DNA of 64,000 nucleotides from Balanoglossus misakiensis (Eukaryota; Animalia; Hemichordata), in contig CM082577.2 of assembly GCA_040954595.2 (NCBI GenBank), positions 12,717,903-12,781,902 on the forward strand. The letters are read 5' to 3'. Under the pieces are notes generated by a model, which was given only the letters and a program-made list of their open reading frames with translations, was not told where the DNA came from and searched no databases. The position numbers and the translations under genes were made by a program. Positions 62,956 to 64,000 of the stretch are shown here, piece by piece. Numbering within the stretch: position 1 is the first letter of the stretch; each line of letters begins with the position of its first letter.

Positions 62956-63114
62956 ACAGAACTCCATGACCTCAGCCCTCGAGCTGTGCCGTCCATATGT
63001 TATTTTCACTCGTGATACGGTTGTATCCTGCTGTACAGCCGCAGGATACAACCGCATCACTCATGAAAATAACATGGACGGCACAGCTCGAGGGCTGAGG
63101 TCATGGAGTTCTGT
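62956..63114. repeat. Long palindrome at the 3' end of the Crypton
   Basis: acagaactccatgacctcagccctcgagctgtgccgtccat ... atggacggcacagctcgagggctgaggtcatggagttctgt. Confidence 0.9.
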
Positions 63115-63116
63115 CA

Positions 63117-64000
63117 TATGACTACAGACCGGTTTCAAACCTTCCGTTCTTGTCAAAACTCCTCGAGCGTGTAGTCTTTCAGCAACTGAACAGTCACCTC
63201 ACTAAATTTAGTCTTTTCACAAAGTTTCAAAGTGCTTACCGTGCTAATCATAGCACGGAAACTGCTCTCTTGCGTGTCCACAATGACATCATGCTTGCCT
63301 TGAATAACAAACAGGATGTAATTCTTATCATGTTAGATTTATCAGCGGCGTTTGACACTATCGATCATGAAATAATGCTACAGAGACTACATCATCGTTT
63401 TGGAATAACTGGTAACACTTTATCGTGGTTTCGTTCGTACCTCGTTAATCGCCAACAGTGCGTCAAGGTTGGATATGCATCATCCCCAAGTTCTCGCATG
63501 GAATATGGCGTTCCACAAGGATCTGTTCTAGGACCTCTCATGTTTACACTCTACACTGCACCTCTGGAAGACATCTTCGGAAAACACGGGATTGATTGCA
63601 TGATATATGCGGAGGATACGCAAATTTATGCCATCTGCAACAGCCCTAACGATGTTCGCAATAACATTGAGCTCTGCGTCGATGATATCCGCAGCTTGAT
63701 GAAATCTAACATGCTTGTACTGAATGATGATAAAACTGAAGTTATTCACTTTTCATCATGTTTAAAATCTAATGTGACAAAATTAGACTGTCTAAGAATC
63801 GGACAATGTGACATATTTCCTTCAGTTTCAGTTAAAAATCTCGGCGTTATTTTAAGTCAGGATGGTAGCATGTCTGATCATATTAGTAAGCTGTGCAAAA
63901 ATGGTTTCTTCTCTTTGCATAGAATAGCTAAAATTCGTAATCTTCTTGACAGATCTACAACTGAGAAACTAGTCCATGCATTTGTAACGTCTCATTTAGA
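63117..64000 (+). mobile_element. 5'-truncated L2/CR1-group LINE, RT domain, running off the window
   Basis: YRPVSNLPFLSKLLE, QSAYR.NHSTETAL, LDLSAAFDTIDH, GVPQGSVLGP; the catalytic YADD reads YAED. Confidence 0.93.

Overview
Eukaryotic, intron-containing, repeat-rich DNA. The gene and repeat content suggests a marine invertebrate deuterostome such as a hemichordate, but this is inference only. Host genes: (i) a complete 3-exon CYP2-clan cytochrome P450 on the minus strand (13759-16231); (ii) five tandem phase-1 pentraxin exons ending in a stop and AATAAA (19932-25305), with no 5' part visible; (iii) a multi-exon type II membrane protein (33424-44282) with a TM exon, four copies of a Cys-containing domain I do not recognise, a PAN/apple exon sitting inside a foldback-like transposon, and three pentraxin exons, the internal exons all being frame-symmetric cassettes; (iv) a minus-strand C-type lectin + LDLa gene fragment (52689-60341). 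Mobile DNA: an intact-looking Ngaro-type tyrosine-recombinase retrotransposon with split direct repeats (2011-6909), a Crypton-type recombinase with one frameshift plus palindromic non-autonomous relatives, two Helentron-associated (HINE-like) elements, several TTAA and other MITEs, Academ-like and SWIM-finger transposon fragments, an L2/CR1 RT fragment, a Penelope-type inverted repeat containing a hammerhead ribozyme, a 121-bp satellite and several local tandem duplications. All coordinates were counted by eye and no database searches were run.
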